This document shows, in pieces, positions 1 to 13,950 of a stretch of DNA of 64,000 bases. Both the position numbers and the translations under genes were made by a program. The first letter of the stretch is position 1. Every line of letters starts with the position of its first letter. The notes under the pieces are model-generated. The model was not told the DNA's origin. It searched no databases and saw only the letters and a list, made by a program, of their open reading frames with translations. The DNA is from Squalus acanthias (lineage: Eukaryota). Where the stretch lies: assembly GCA_030390025.1 (NCBI GenBank), contig CM059443.1:28768001-28832000 (forward strand). Reading direction: 5' to 3'.

Positions 1-348
1 CACTGCAGCAACTCGCCAAGGCTTCTTCGACAGCACCTCCCAAACCTGCAACCTCTACCACCTAGAAGGACAAGGGCAGTAGGCGCATGGGACACCATCA
101 CCTCCAAGTTCCCCTCCAAGTCACACACCATCCTGACTGGGAAATATATCGCCATTCTTTCATTTGTTGCTGGGTCAAAATCCTGGAACTACCTCTCTAA
201 CAGCAATATGGAAGTACTTTCACCACACGAACTGCAGCGGTTCAAGAAGGCGGCTCACCACCACCTTCTCAAGGGCAATTAGGGATGGGCAATAAATGCT
301 GGCATTGCCAACGACGCCCACATCCCACAAACAAATAATTTAAAAAAA
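1..348 (+). mobile_element. 3' end of a CR1-group LINE (same family as 35638-36590)
   Basis: Near-identical to 36247-36590; ends caataaatgctggc...catccca followed by an A-rich tail. Confidence 0.85.
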
Positions 349-1095
349 TCCTCAGTATTGACTGCTTTGATCTTTGAACTTTCCTTTCAAGCTCTAAATA
401 TGGCATCCTATACATTTGTTCTACTCTGCATCATCACAGTGTTGAAATGAACGCCCATTGCACCATCTGCTACGATAACTACATTTTTCCAGGATCTCCA
501 AACAGTGGAATTGCTTAACTGCAACCCTCAGTTTTCACTTCCTTTTACAATTTACAACCCAAAATTAGCATCATCTAAGCACTACTTCTTGATTCACTTA
601 ATCTTTTCTCCTATTACTTGCCTTCACTTCAGCTTTTCAGTTTTGAAAAAAAATGAATTGCCAGTGATCAGAAAATTTGCAGTAGTGAACGCAAATAGAT
701 AAGAGACAGGTCAATTTCAGAGAATAGAACTGACATAATTTAACTAATCAGCTGCTATTTTTAGAGGGATTTAAATCTAACAGTAAAAGACTTCCAGAAT
801 AATTCAAAACACAATATTTCGGATTTTAATTCTGAATATAATTTAAAAAATAATTTTAATGAAATAAAAGCACACATTTTTTCAGCTAACTATATTTGGT
901 ATACTTAACTGCAGTATTCAGGCAAGCAATATTAGACTTATGAAACCTCGTCTTTGTATGAAACTCCCAATTTTCTCTCTTTAAAGATGGTGGCTCAAGC
1001 TGGAGCAGTTTGTCCAGATGCCAGAAGTGCTTTGTTGGCATTTTTAGTGTGAGTATCTCGGCAATGAGTGCCAACAGACTATTCTGGGAGGCATC

Positions 1096-1335
1096 AGCAA
1101 CAACAACAACTTGTATTTATATAAAGAAAGAAAGACTTGCATTTCTATAGCGCCTTTCAAAGCGCTTTACAGCCAATGAAGTACTTTTGAAGTGTAGTCA
1201 CTGTTGTAATAGCGCCTTTAACGTAGTAAAACGTCCCAAGGTGCTGCACAGGAGTATTTTAAGACAAAAAATTTGACACCGAGCCACATAAGGATAAATT
1301 AGGGCTGGTGACTAAAAGCTTGGTCAAAGAGGTAT
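1096..1335 (-). mobile_element. L2 LINE 3' tail with nested DeuSINE tail (approx. 1124-1210)
   Basis: (caa)n-cttgtatttatata L2 terminus interrupted by the aagaaagaaagacttgcatttctatagcgcc SINE tail; matches 50081-50315. Confidence 0.7.
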
Positions 1336-3466
1336 CACATCAAAGCCCAATCGTGTGCTCATCCAGCATCCTTGTACGTTTCCAGCAGAAGTCAATATTA
1401 ATTATATTGGCATTCATTTTGGGCACCTTTAATTTTGACCGCTTTCAACTGGACATGTGTAGCTAAATTTCGTACAGCAGCAAATCGGTTAGTTAAGTGT
1501 CCTGAGTCTCCAACAGCTCACACACTTGAAATGCCCATAAAGGAAAAAGATATATTGAAAAATAACATAAAAGAAACATTTTAAAGATAAAAACATTTTA
1601 AACCAGCTAATGTGGCTTTTTTGTAGCTTTGGATGGCTCAACCTTTTCTTCTGCAGATAATTAAGCAACTTGTATGATACTGTTATTCCAAGATACAGCG
1701 CGTAGCCTTGTTATGCAGTGGCCCTGCACGTGTTTGTGCTGTTGACTAGAGTCAAATATTAAAGGGCATTATGCTTAACAAAGTATACTATTATCCAATT
1801 ATACTAACAGCAATGCAGGGAATCTTAATTATTATATTACACTTTGAAAAAAATCATAATACTGACACAGTGTAGGCAACACTGATTTAACTTGAAAATA
1901 AAATGAGTTTGTTCATCTGAATGTCAGATAAGAACCCTACCGTGATTAACACGGGTAAAGTTGTTAACGTCTAACACAACTTTTCCAGGAGTCCTAGTAA
2001 TTTCATGGGATATCTTACTGTTTGTCCTTTGGGTGATAATGGAAGGTGATATGACTCTAGTGCATCTGAGTAGGTGAGTTGAAGCCTCTGACAGCTTGGG
2101 GTATTAAATCCGAAATGCTAGTTTCAGGCTGCTGTATAAGTCTGGTTTCACTAAGTTCGATGCCCCTTGAATGCAATGCAACTAGAAGCACCACTCAGCA
2201 AAATACAATTGGTTGATTTCTCTTCATATATCAAAGGTATATGCATGTTCTGGAGCCTGAAACCAACTTCAGATTCTGGGGGGGGGGAAATTATTGAAGA
2301 CATCAAAGTGCCAGTAAATCTAATTTTTCAACCATTGTGGATTCAAAGATGATTTGCTGCCAAATTGTTATGTAAGTAATTAAACAGGAGTGGAATGGTG
2401 CACTGTGGGAATGTGTGATTCCCATGCCAACAGCTTAGGTATTCAAAGAAATACATAGTGCACAACTGGTGAAATATGACAATTTGTTAAAGCTTGTGAT
2501 GCTTTTACATACTTCAGGTACCCATCTGACAATAGTACCTTCTTTATGAAGGTGCAAGCTGGCAGCACTGAGCTATGATGCTACCAAGTGCACTTGGGAA
2601 AAGCGGAGTGAACAGGACTTAGTGCAGTTAGGACACGGGCAGCAGAGTTTTGGATGACCTCAAGTTTACGGAGAGCAGAACATGGGAGGCTGGCTAGGAG
2701 TGCATTGGAATAGTTAAATCTAGAGGTAACAAAGGCGTGGGTGAAGGTTTCAGCAGCAGATGCACTGAGGCAGGGGCGGAGTCGGGTGATGTTACGGAGG
2801 CAAGCTTAATTAGAGCTTGAAAATGGGCCAAGATTTGACATGTTTGTTTTGCACCATTGTGGGCATCAGGACTCGTCCGATCAATCCTATATTATTACAG
2901 TAATTATGCTACTGCAGTCTCGAGGTTGTATTTTGTACTGTAACATTAATGTCACATACAACTAAAATACATAATTTAAAAAAAATTCAAAATAAAGTTA
3001 AAACATTTTAAAAGCTTTATTTCTTCCCTGCTATTTGTTTTTTCCCTCTCTTGGATTCTCTCTAACTATTCTTCTATGTAAGTGGTATGTATACCAAACA
3101 GGATTGGTTTGCAAATTGCTCTGGGAGGCAGTAGTAGATGTTCTACAATTGACTTCAGTGTTACTGAGTTAAGGGAAATGTAGCCAAGCATCTTGCTTCT
3201 GATCCCTTTTTAGTGACCACTGTTGGAAGTGCACATGTGTGGATATTGGGTCAGAACAGGATTAGACTCTGCTGTAATGCCTCCCATTGTCTAATAGGCT
3301 TTTGCCTTAGTTTCTAGGTACACATATGAAGAATGGTCACTTGAGTGAGGTACCAGGGAGCAACCTGTGGATTTCTACCCCAGCAAAGAGTCAATGGAGC
3401 TGATTTTCCTCCCCTCTCCCTGTCACACCTTTAAATGTCTGCCTTTTAATTATGTGAAACCACCTA

Positions 3467-3891
3467 CAGGAAACTTTCGTTTATCCGGCACCCAAATATC
3501 CGGAATTCTCGCTTAACCGGCAAAAATCATCCTCCGAAAACTCCTCTCAAATAACCGGCAATGTTGCCGAGTCGCAGTCGAGTCTCCGCGAACGCCGAGT
3601 GCTCCAAAAAATCCTCTCAAATAACCGGCAATGTTGCCGATCCCGAGTCCGAGTCAGAGTCCGCGAACGCCGATTTAGTCAGTAGGGGTACTTTTCAAAA
3701 GTGCCACTATTCGGCCTCCTGGCGCTGTTGCAAGTCCGAAACATTGCAGTAGCATGAGTAGATTCTCCCGTGCTGCTTGGAGTCTCTTTGTTAAAAATAG
3801 CCTCGGTAGATAGAACTCTCTGTTATCCGGTACTTTCGATAAACCGGCACCACGCCGGTCCCGTCGATGCCGGATAAACGAAAGTTTCCTG
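3467..3891. mobile_element. Tc1-mariner/pogo (Tigger-like) MITE
   Basis: Perfect 24-bp TIR CAGGAAACTTTCGTTTATCCGGCA; TA target duplication at 3465-66 and 3892-93; internal tandem duplication. Confidence 0.9.
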
Positions 3892-3961
3892 TATATTTCT
3901 GGGTTCAGGTCATTATTATGCCACGGCCATGCTCCCAGCCAGCCTTTACACCTAGAAACAA

Positions 3962-4427
3962 GGGAGTCCGTGTTCCACGTTTATATGGAGTGTGAGAGGT
4001 TGCAGCCCCTCTTCCATTATTTGAAGGGGCTGCTCCTCGATTTTTGGCTGCACTTCAGTCCCACGCTCCTGATCTTTGGTCACCCGGTGCGGAGGGGAGC
4101 GGGCAGATCGGAGGACCTCCTCATAGGACTGCTCCTGGGCCTGGCCAAAGTGGCCATTAACTGGTCCAGGCAGCGGGCGGTCGAGGGGGTCGTTCGGCCC
4201 GACTGCCTGCCTCTCTTCCATGGCCACGTTCGCGCCCAGGTGGCCCTGGAGATGGAGCACGTGGTGTCCGCCGGCACACTCGAGGCCTTCCGCGACCGTT
4301 GGGCGCCGCGGGGACTGGAGTGCATCATCACCCCGGCCAACAAAATTTGAATTTAATTTGTTAAGTTTCATTTAAAGTTTTAAGTTAAGTTACAGTTTAT
4401 TTGTTTTTGTGTGCACCAAAAAAAAAG
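3962..4427 (+). mobile_element. 5'-truncated Tx1/L1-clade LINE (ORF2 C-terminus, 3' UTR, polyA)
   Basis: ESVFHVYMEC...LLLGLAKVAINWSR...AFRDRWAP; polyA tail; 15-bp TSD TACACCTAGAAACAA at 3947-3961 and 4428-4442. Confidence 0.88.
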
Positions 4428-5339
4428 TACACCTAGAAACAAAGGCAGAAATACAGATGCTGTTACTTTTGGACCTTCTGGCTGCTGTCTAAACACACCA
4501 GCTTGGAGGCCCCCAGGTCATAAATCACGCTTTTTCCAGGTCACTGGCGCCAATATTTTTTAGTCCATAAGTGACAACAGCATAAAAACCGGCGTAAATC
4601 AAGGAAAATCCCGATTGCCATTGATTTTACTGGGGCCGGAGTTTTGTTAATTACCTTAAAGACTCTCGGTGAGGATAGCAGTGGAGCGGTGCAGAACTCC
4701 CAGGAGTAAAAAGTATTGGCGTAAGTCACTCCATAATATCCTGGGATATTTTGCACCGTAAAACAGGCTCTGTGACGTAGATGCACGAGTCTCCAGGCAA
4801 TTCTTGGCCGTTATCCTTTTACTTATTTGGTAGTTATATCCATGACATTGGCTACATTAGACCTTCAAAGGAACAGATTTGACAGGAAAAGTGCTTTTTC
4901 TCTTTCCATTTCTTATGTTATTCTTGTGTTGCTTAAGGAAGAGATCCTCTCTGTACCAAACAGAACCAAACTTACAACCAACCAATAAAAAGACAAAAAA
5001 GGAAAACCACAAGAAAAGAGGGAATGCACATGAAGAAGGGTTACAACTCTAACAAAGTCACAGGGTACCCGAGAAGGGGATGACAGACAAGGTGATTGAG
5101 AAAGCAGCATGATTTACTTAGAAGGCTCGCAAATCCTGTCACGTTTCATAGAAAAGACTGCTTTTCCCTGAATTTGAATGTCCTGAAAACACCTTATGCA
5201 TTTCTGAAAGTCAATCATATAATTTAGTCGAGGAATCATTTGCCTAGCTCTGTAATTTCATACTCCTCTTCACTATCAAAGCAATCATTAGTAACATCAT
5301 CCTGTAGAGAAGGACACAGACCTGGATACGGTCACAGAA

Positions 5340-6345
5340 TCACAGTGCACACCAAGGCTTCTGCCGAACATCATTGAACTCCAAGGTTGTACCCAGCTTT
5401 AGAATGATCACAAAGGTTCCAGTGAACATTACAGTGAAGACCAAGGTTGTAACCAGCATGACAGTGAACAGAGGTTTTACCAAGCATTGCAGTAAATCAA
5501 AAGGTTGTACCCAGCATCATAGTGAACAGGAAGGTTATATTCAACGTTACAACAACTTGCATTTATATACCGCCTATAACATGGTGAAAACGTCAATGCT
5601 TCAAAGGAGCGTTATCCGACAAACATTTGACACTGAGCCACATCAAGAGAGATTAGGACAGGTGACCAAAAGCTTGGTCAAAGAGGTAAGTTTTAAGGAG
5701 CGACTTAAAGGAGGAGAGAGGCGGAGAAGTTTAGAGAGGGAATTCCAGAGCTTGGGGCCTAGGCAGCTGAAGGCATGGCCGCAGTAGTGGAGCGATAAAA
5801 ATCGGGGATGTGCAAGAGGCCAGAATTGGACGAGTGCGGAGATCTTGGAGGGTTGTAGAGCTGGAGGTTACAGAGATCGTGAGGGGTGAGGACATGGAGG
5901 GATTTGAACTCGAGGATGAGAATTTTAAAATTGAGGCATTGCAGGACTGGGAGCCACTGTAGGTCAGTGAGCACAGGGGTGGTGGGTGAACGGGACTTGG
6001 TTTGAGTTACTGTACGGGCAGCAGAGTTTTGGATGAGCACAAGTTTACGGAGGATGGAAGGTTGGAGGCTGGCCAGGAGAGCATTGAAATAGTCGAGTCT
6101 GGAGGCAACAAAGGCATGGCTGAGGGTTTCAGCCGCAGATGAGCAGAGGCAGCGGTGGAGATGGACGATATTATGGAGGAGGATGTAGGCGGTCTTGGTG
6201 ATGGAGAGGATATGGGGTTGGAAGCTCAGCTCACGGTCAAATAGGATGGTGAACACAAGGGTTGTACAAAGCATCTAAGCGATCACTAATATTGTATCCA
6301 GTATTACAGTTTACACAAAGCTTGTGCCAAGCATCACTGAATACT
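5340..6345. repeat. Degenerate ~30-bp minisatellite, split by an L2 insertion
   Basis: Units like GAACACAAAGGTTGTACCCAGCATTACAGT at approx. 5340-5548 and 6250-6345. Confidence 0.7.
5548..6248 (-). mobile_element. L2-clade LINE 3' fragment
   Basis: ORF 5759-6274 ...HAFVASRLDYFNALL...IQNSAAR...TPVLTDLQWLPV...FKILIL is an L2 RT C-terminus; (GTT)n tail. Confidence 0.9.
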
Positions 6346-7902
6346 CTCCACAGTTGCTGCCTGACCTGCTGAGTATTTCCAGCATTTTCTGTTTTTATCA
6401 CTGAATACAGTGCTGTTGTGAGTCTGGTCTAATATGCAATCTCCTGCTTCTCTCCTTGCTATCATGGCATTGATGTCTGGAATTCTTCTCCTAAATCCCT
6501 CTACCTTGTTACACCTTTCCTCATTTTCAAAAATACTCTTTCAAAAGCTACCTCATTGACCACACTTTAGGTCATCTCTCCTAACTCTTATCTTCATTCC
6601 TGCCGAGGGTCTGAAATCGCCCCCCGCCCCAGCTTGTGAAGTGTTTTGGGATATTTTGCTATGCTAAAGGCAATTTATAAGAATAATTTATTCTACAACA
6701 ACAACTTGTATTTATATAGCACCTTTAACGCAATAAACGTCCGAAGGTGCTTCACAGGAGTATTAAGACAAAAATTTGACACCAAGCCACACAAGGAGAA
6801 ATTAGGGCAGATAACCAAAGGCTTGGTCAAAGAGGTAGGTGGACAAAAAGCTTGGTATTCTAGTCATAATTTTGACTCTGACATACTGTAGGACATTTGA
6901 GTACAACGCTTAACGTGTTTTATTGGAAGTTCTTTTATCTCTTATTTTAGCAGACATTAATCTGCTTAAAATAAATGTGCTAACCCCTCATACACCAGAT
7001 CCCACAGTGTAATTTCAGGGTCCTTGTTTTTTTTCTGTCCTACTTTATATAGTCTTTGTAACTTTGTTTAAAACATTTGAACGTAAATTATACAAAACAA
7101 CAAGAACCTGAAGGTGACACTTACAATTTGGTTTGGCACTTTGAACACAGCTTACCTATAACAATTTAGAACAGCTTCCTATGGTACATTGTTATAGCTG
7201 GCAGGCCATAGGAAACAACCCCCACCACCCAAGCCTGTGTTTCTTTAAGATCTATTTATATATATATTGAGGAGATTCACTGACGTGCACAGTAGGGATG
7301 ATGCCAAGCACTGTGTTAAGATCATATGTAAAACACCACTTCAGTTGCATAAGTTATTTTTGTTTGGGTATTTTCAATTACTACCTCAATGGATTTTTCC
7401 ACCTAAAGTAGATTCCTTTGGTACTGCTGCCTGATTTACTTTTACCTTGAAATTGCTTTCATCTCATTTCCCTTCCCAGTCTAGTTAGTTCAATTTAAAT
7501 GTCTGATCTATGACACATTTTATGCTTGAATAAGAACTGTTAACTCCATCCTAATATAGAGTATTCAGGTCAGCAGCATTGAGACTGAGCTCTGGGATGG
7601 TAAACACATTACAATGTCTCTCATGCAACAGATGATTGATGATAGTCTCAGGCTAGATAAGATGAAATGGAGAGTCCTCTACAAATGGTAACCTCGTGAT
7701 AAAATTACTAATGTGACCACTGACTATCTGCAAGTAGTACCAAGCCTCTGATAGAGTTTTTAATCTTGCTTCAGTTCAGCATTTGGATCAAATAGAATAG
7801 TGCACTACAGCAGAAGAGACGGATGCTTCTCTTCACCATTATGGATGTGTTTGGGGTGATTGGAAACATAGATGTAGGAATAACTACCAAATAAAAACCC
7901 TT

Positions 7903-8855
7903 GGGCTGCATTTTAATAGGGAAGGTGAGTTGGGGGTGGGGGGTGGGTTCCATGGCGGTTGGGGAGAACGGGTTATCCGCAGGTTCTGCCGAATTTAACG
8001 GCCGGGCCTGATTTGAATGGGAAGCCTCTGCTTCCCACCCACAGCTAGCCAGATTGAGAGATTGGTTGGCTCTGGGTGGGTAGGTCTGCGGCACTAGACC
8101 GGACAGAGGAGGGATTGCGTGAGGGCCGGGGTCGGCCGCGGGGTGTGGTCTGAAAAGATCGGTGGAGTTGGGGGGGTGGGGGGGGGTTCTGAAAGGATCA
8201 GCGGGCTGGAGAAGCAGGGGGATGGGGGTCTGAAAAGATCGTGGTCCGCCTAGAGGAGCAGGGGAGGGGGGATCACAAAAAAATCGGGGTTGACCGGAGG
8301 AGCAGGGGGGGAAATCGCAAAAAGATCGGGGTCAGCTGGAGGAGCGGTGCAGGGGTCTGAACATCAATCGGGCCGGGGGAGCAGACATAGCAACGGGGAA
8401 GGGGATCCCGAGGATCGGGGGTCGGAGGAGATGGGGGGGTTGGCCTCATGGGGGGGATCAGAGGCCTGGGGGGGGGGCGCGGGGGGATCAGAGACCTTGT
8501 GGGGGGATCTCCAATCGCGGGGGTGGGTTAGGCAGGGACCCTGGATCCAGGAGATAAGTGTAAAGGCACCTACCTCCTGGATCCAGCAGTCCCCGCCTTG
8601 CATTAGCTGGCGGGTTTCACGAGGCGTGCAAAACCCCACCAGCTAAAGCTAAATACAAAATGGAAGTTAAAGCAGAGGCTTCCAGCCTCATTATAATATT
8701 TAAATAGATGACCTGCCTCCTGGCAGTGGATTGGCTGCCCGCCTCCGTTAAAAGTGAGCGGGTTGAGGTCGGGATTCAGATTTTTACACTTTAACTACCC
8801 ACACCCCGCCCCCCTCCCCCAACCCACCCGTTTTTTTTAGGTTAAAATTTCCCCC
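7903..8855. mobile_element. GC-rich non-autonomous PIF/Harbinger-type DNA transposon
   Basis: Imperfect TIRs GGGCTGCATTTTAA / TTAAAATTTCCCCC; 3-bp TSD CTT. Confidence 0.65.
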
Positions 8856-11769
8856 CTTGTTTCACATTTACAAATCCCTCCACGGCTTTGCCTCATCCTA
8901 CCTCTGCAGCCTCCCCTAGCCCTGTATGCCAGCTCACACCCTCCAGTTTTCTGGCACTGGCCTCCTGTACATCCTGCCTTGGGAGTCAGGTGAGATCCGA
9001 CTCTAGAGTTGTTCATAATCATCACTGTGAAAGAGAAATGCAAAAATGGCAATATAACTGCACCCTTAATTTCTTGACCAAAGCATTCAACTTGGACCCT
9101 GTACCACAGTATACTATACTATTCTGTATATCTAGTTGTACTTGACACTTGTTGATTCTTTTTTAGTGTTCTACACTTCTGCAACAAAATTCATATTTTT
9201 TCAGGTATCATCAAGTGTACTGCTGTAATACTACCTTCTTTTGAGTGATGTGTGAATCTGGAATTTTAAGGGAACTGTGAGGAAAAAATACATATTTTAT
9301 AATTGATAATAAGAAACTAATTGCATTCACATTGTATTGCTCTTGGGCATTTTCGTAGGCCTCAGCAGCTGAAAGCTCAGACTTGGGCTGCTTATAAATT
9401 GAGGCCTAGGCTTGGCCAGGGGCCTGTACTTGACCAGGCCCAAGACTTCAACTTAATTGAAGTTTCAGCAAGAATATGCACTTTCAGTTAACTTAGTTAA
9501 ACTTTCAGATCCAACTCTAAATGGTTAAAGTTATTTCAACATACTTAAATTTTCAGTTTGGTGTGGAACTAATAGTGTTAGCTATGGAATGTAATACTTG
9601 GATCTGACTGGTTCTCGCTGAGCACAGATTCATCAGAACCCAAAATTAGTGATCATGTGATTCTCATGGAATAAACAGAACGTCAAAGCCGGCGGGTGGG
9701 AGCGGGAATTGGGGCAGGAGCTGGACGTTGCCGGGAACGCAAGGGAACAATCCCTGGCATAAGGTAAGTGCTGAGAGGGGGGCTGGCAGAGCTGGTGCCG
9801 ATTGGGAGAGGGAGAGGCAAAAATTAAATTAATTGAATTTACCTTGGCTTCTTCTGGCCATGCTGCTGCCTCATGTCAGGTTTCACTGGTGGCTTTGACG
9901 TTGTGTGGGCCTCCCATGATTTGGTGTTAAAATTGCATCACGGCGCCGATGATGTCATCAGGCTGCGATTTTCATATTTTAATTAGGCCCCCGTTTGCCT
10001 GTGGCAGGCGGCCTCCACACTGCTGGAATCCCGGCAGTTAAAATGGTGGTGGCACGCGCAGGGCAAATCCCCGCTCTCCATGTTAATCACCCATTTACAT
10101 GGAGTGGGCTAGGCTAAAATCAGGCTTTATATCTCATCACTCTCAAAATCTTTATTCATTGGATTGCTTATGTGTATAATATAACGAGTGCATAAGCAAA
10201 AAGGGATTGAAAACACATGACCAGTCTTACCAGTAAAGTAACCTGCTGCCACCTTTATCAATTTATCAACAACCTGTATATGTCCTTGGTCTCAACCAAG
10301 TGGTCTATTAATGGGCTGGAGTTTTACTCCGTGTTTGACAAATAATTGAACAATGTCAAGAAGTCCAGTCCATGCTTTACACTTTGTTTTCTCTAACCTT
10401 TTGCTATCCTGTTTTTCATCTAAGTTCTTTTGTTGCTGTTTTTCTACAACAGTATGTACTTCTCCAATCATAACATTGCACTAAAAGATTTATAAACTTT
10501 GTTGTGGTCCCCTGAATGGCCAATAGTATTATCAGTGAGTACAATGGTATAAAAGGGACATAACACATTTTTGTAAAGTAAAACAGAAACTGCTGGAAAT
10601 GCACCTCCGGCCAAAGAGATTCCCTCCTCCCACCTTGCTTGGCTGCATTTGGGACTTTGTATGCCTTGCAGAAATTTCCGCTTCAGCAAAATGGAGCCCT
10701 CATGCAATGTGTAATATGCGACTGTTTGTTCAGCCAAATGAATTTGTCGAAATTGCTGCAGTAAAAACAGCAGTAAGGCAACTTTAAGAGGAGTTTCAAA
10801 ATAGGCTGGGCCAGTTTCACACAGACGTGTTAATTTTCTGTGAGTGAGGAGGTTGCTGTATGTGGAGCCTCACCTAAAGTCAAAACAATCTGGCACGGGA
10901 CCTTATTAGCACAATTCTAATATGTAAATGAGGGTTAGCCCAGTTTACAGCATGGTCTACTTTTTGGTAGGGAAAATGGCCATCGGGAAAATGGCCATCA
11001 GAAAATTGGGTGTGCAATCTCAGAGGCTCAATTTTAGGCCCTGCTTATGCTGCTACCAAGGTCCCACAACATTTGCAAACCTTGGCAAATTTACCCTTGT
11101 GTGCATTCTTTTCAATTAATTTGTTATTTATTAGGTAATGTTTACTTCCAGTCACTTTGCACTCTGTAATGCTTACTTGAGATACATGATCAATTGCATT
11201 TTTGCAAGCTAAATCTAACTTTCAGTCAAACTGGAGCCAGACTACTGGCAAAATGCCAGACAAACAGATCAGTGATTAAGGGGAAAGGTTAATGGTTGGC
11301 AATACAAAGCTTACAGGCCCTGGAATTCTGATGGTTTGGTCGGGCAGAAACCCGGTGGATCTATCGAGGGCCGTGGAATTGGAACGTGGGGAGGAGAGCC
11401 GATTCACCGGTTTTATTCTCCATTTGAGTTCTGCCCTAAATTCTGCTAGAAGTGAAGGAAGGTGTTAGATGCACCTGCCCTAGCTAAGGTGCAGCTAGGA
11501 AAATGAAGGGTTCAGGTCAGGATGACATCATGGGCTGGATATTTACTGGGGCAGGTTGCGTAGGCGGGAGTGTGGGGTTTCGGACGGGAAACCCGGAAGT
11601 CTGGGTTTCCTCGCCTGCTGTGAAGTTTTAACTCCACAGCGTGCGACTTTTGGCCTGACAAGATTTACATTACCTCCTTCTCCTGCTGGTTTTCCACCTG
11701 TAGCTTGTCCTTGGTAATTGTGTCCAATCTTTTCCTGCATGACAAAAGAATACTTGTTATTGTCTAAAC

Positions 11770-12182
11770 TACATCAAGTTCCACTCGCACATCACCATGT
11801 GCTCCCTGACCTACATTGGCTCCTGGTCCACCAACTTGATTTTAAAATTCCCATCCTCATGTTCAAATCCCTCCATGGTCTTGTTCCCTCCCTATCTATG
11901 TAGCTTCCTTCAGCCCTGCAATCCTGCAAGAACTCTGCGTTGCTCCAACCTTGGTGTCTTGTGCATCCCCCACTCCCTAAGTACTGGAACTCCCTCCCTA
12001 AACCCCGCCGCCTCTCCACCTCTCCTCCTTTAAGACCCTCTTTAAAACCTACCTCTTTATCCAAGCTTTTAGTCACCCATCCTGATGGCTCAGTGTCAAT
12101 TTTTGTCTGATTGTGCTCTTGTAAAGCAGTTTAGGATGTTTTGCTACAGTAAAGGTGCTATATAAATGCAAGTTGTTGTTGT
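11770..12182 (+). mobile_element. L2 LINE 3' fragment
   Basis: VLPDLHWLLVHQLDFKIPILMFKSLHGL; ends gctatataaatgcaagttgttgttg. Confidence 0.85.
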
Positions 12183-12249
12183 CAGTCACTTCTCATCGAA
12201 TTCCCAGATAAATAGCGGCTTCCATAGGTGTGCATGCATTGCAGGATAG

Positions 12250-13950
12250 CAGCATAGGAACAGGAGTAGGTCATTCAGCCCCTCGAGCCTGTTCCTCCAT
12301 TCAATGAGATCATAGCTTTTACATAGGATATACGGCACAGAAACAGGCCATTCGGCCCAACCAGTCCATGCCGACGTTTATGCTCCACTTGAGCCTCCTC
12401 CCATCTTTCCTCATCTAATCATTACACTTCAAAAAGCACTTCATTGGCTGTAAAGCACTTTGAGATGTCCGGTGGACGTGACAGGCGCTATATAAATGCA
12501 AGTCTTTCTTTTAAAACTATCAGCATAACCCTCTATTCCCTTCTCCCTCATATGCTTGTCTAGCCTCCCCTTAAATGCATCTATACCAATTGCCTCAACT
12601 ACTCCCTGTGGTAGCAAGTTCCACATTCTCACCACCCTCTGGGTAAAGCAGTTTCTTCTGAATTCTCTATTTGATTTGTTGGTGACTATCTTATATTGAT
12701 GACCTCTAGTTATGCTCTTCCCCCCCAAGTGGAAACATTCTCTCTCTATCTACTCTATCAAAACCTTTCATAATTTAAATACCTCAATTAGATCACCCCT
12801 CAGCCTTCTTTTTTCAAGAGAAGAGAGGCCCAGCCTGTTCATCCTTTCCTGATAGGTATACCCTCACATATCTGGTATCATCCTTGTAAATCTTCTCTGC
12901 ACCCTCTCCAGTGCCTCTATATCCTTTTTTTATAATATGGTGACCAGAATTGTACGCAGTACACCAAGTGTGATCTAACCAAGGTTCAATACAAGTTTAG
13001 CACTACTTTTCAATTCTATCCCTCTAGAAATAAACCCTAGTGCCTGGTTTGCTTTTGTATGGCCTTATTAACCTGTGTTGCTACTTTTAGTGATTTGTGT
13101 ATTTGTACTCCGAGATCCCTTTTCTCCTCTACCCCACCTAGATTCACACCTTCCAAGTAATAGGTGACCTCCCTATTCTTCCTACCAAAATGTAATACCT
13201 CACGTTTATCTGTGTTGAATTGCATTTGCCCATTCTGCAAGTTTATTAATGTCTTCCTGTAATTTGTTGCAGTCCTCCTCGGTATTAACTATCTCCCCCC
13301 CCCCCCCCCCCCCAATTTGGTGTCATCCGCAAATTTAGAAATTGTGTTTTTGATTCCAGAGTCTAAATTGTTAATATAAATTGTGAACAACAGTGGTCCC
13401 AGCACTGATCCTTGTGGAACACCACTACCCACCTTCTGCCACTGTGAAGAGCTACCCTTTACCCCTACTCTCTGCTTTCTGTCTTGAAGCCAGCTAGCTA
13501 TCCATTCTGCTACTTGTCCCCTGACTCCACATTCTCTGACCTTATTCATTAACCTATTATGTGGTATCTTATCGGAGGCCTTTTGAAAATCTAGATAAAT
13601 AACATCTACTACATTACCCTTGTCTATTCTCTCTGTTATGTCTTTAAAAAATTCAATGAGGTTGGCCAAGCAAGACTTTCCCTTTTGAAATCCATGCTGA
13701 CTATTCATTATTATATTTTTGGCTTCTAGATGTTCTTCTATTTTCTCCTTTAGTAGGGATTCCATTATTTTTCCTACCACTGATGTTAAGCTGACTGGTC
13801 TATAGTTCCCTGGACATGTTCTTTCTCCCTTCTTAAATATAGGTATTATGTTAGCTATCCGCCAGTCCTCTGTCACTACACCTTTTTCTAATGAATTATT
13901 AAATATGTGTAGTAATGCCTCTGCTATTTCTTCCCTCTTTAAAAATGTGT
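12250..13950 (-). mobile_element. CR1 LINE (HER1-like) 5'-truncated RT region with adjacent CR1 tail and nested SINE tail (approx.)
   Basis: ORFs 13289-13876 ([37 protein letters not shown]), 13037-13240 and 12441-12728; frameshifted. Confidence 0.92.

Noticed and set aside
7569-7688. Plus-strand exon-like frame VSSIETELWDGKHITMSLMQQMIDDSLRLDKMKWRVLYK
   Set aside because: Weak acceptor, no recognisable homology and no partner exons.
8290-8646. Gly-rich and Pro/Ser-rich ORFs (also 16315-16683 and most short ORFs in the track)
   Set aside because: By-products of low-complexity or TE sequence, or antisense to TE ORFs.
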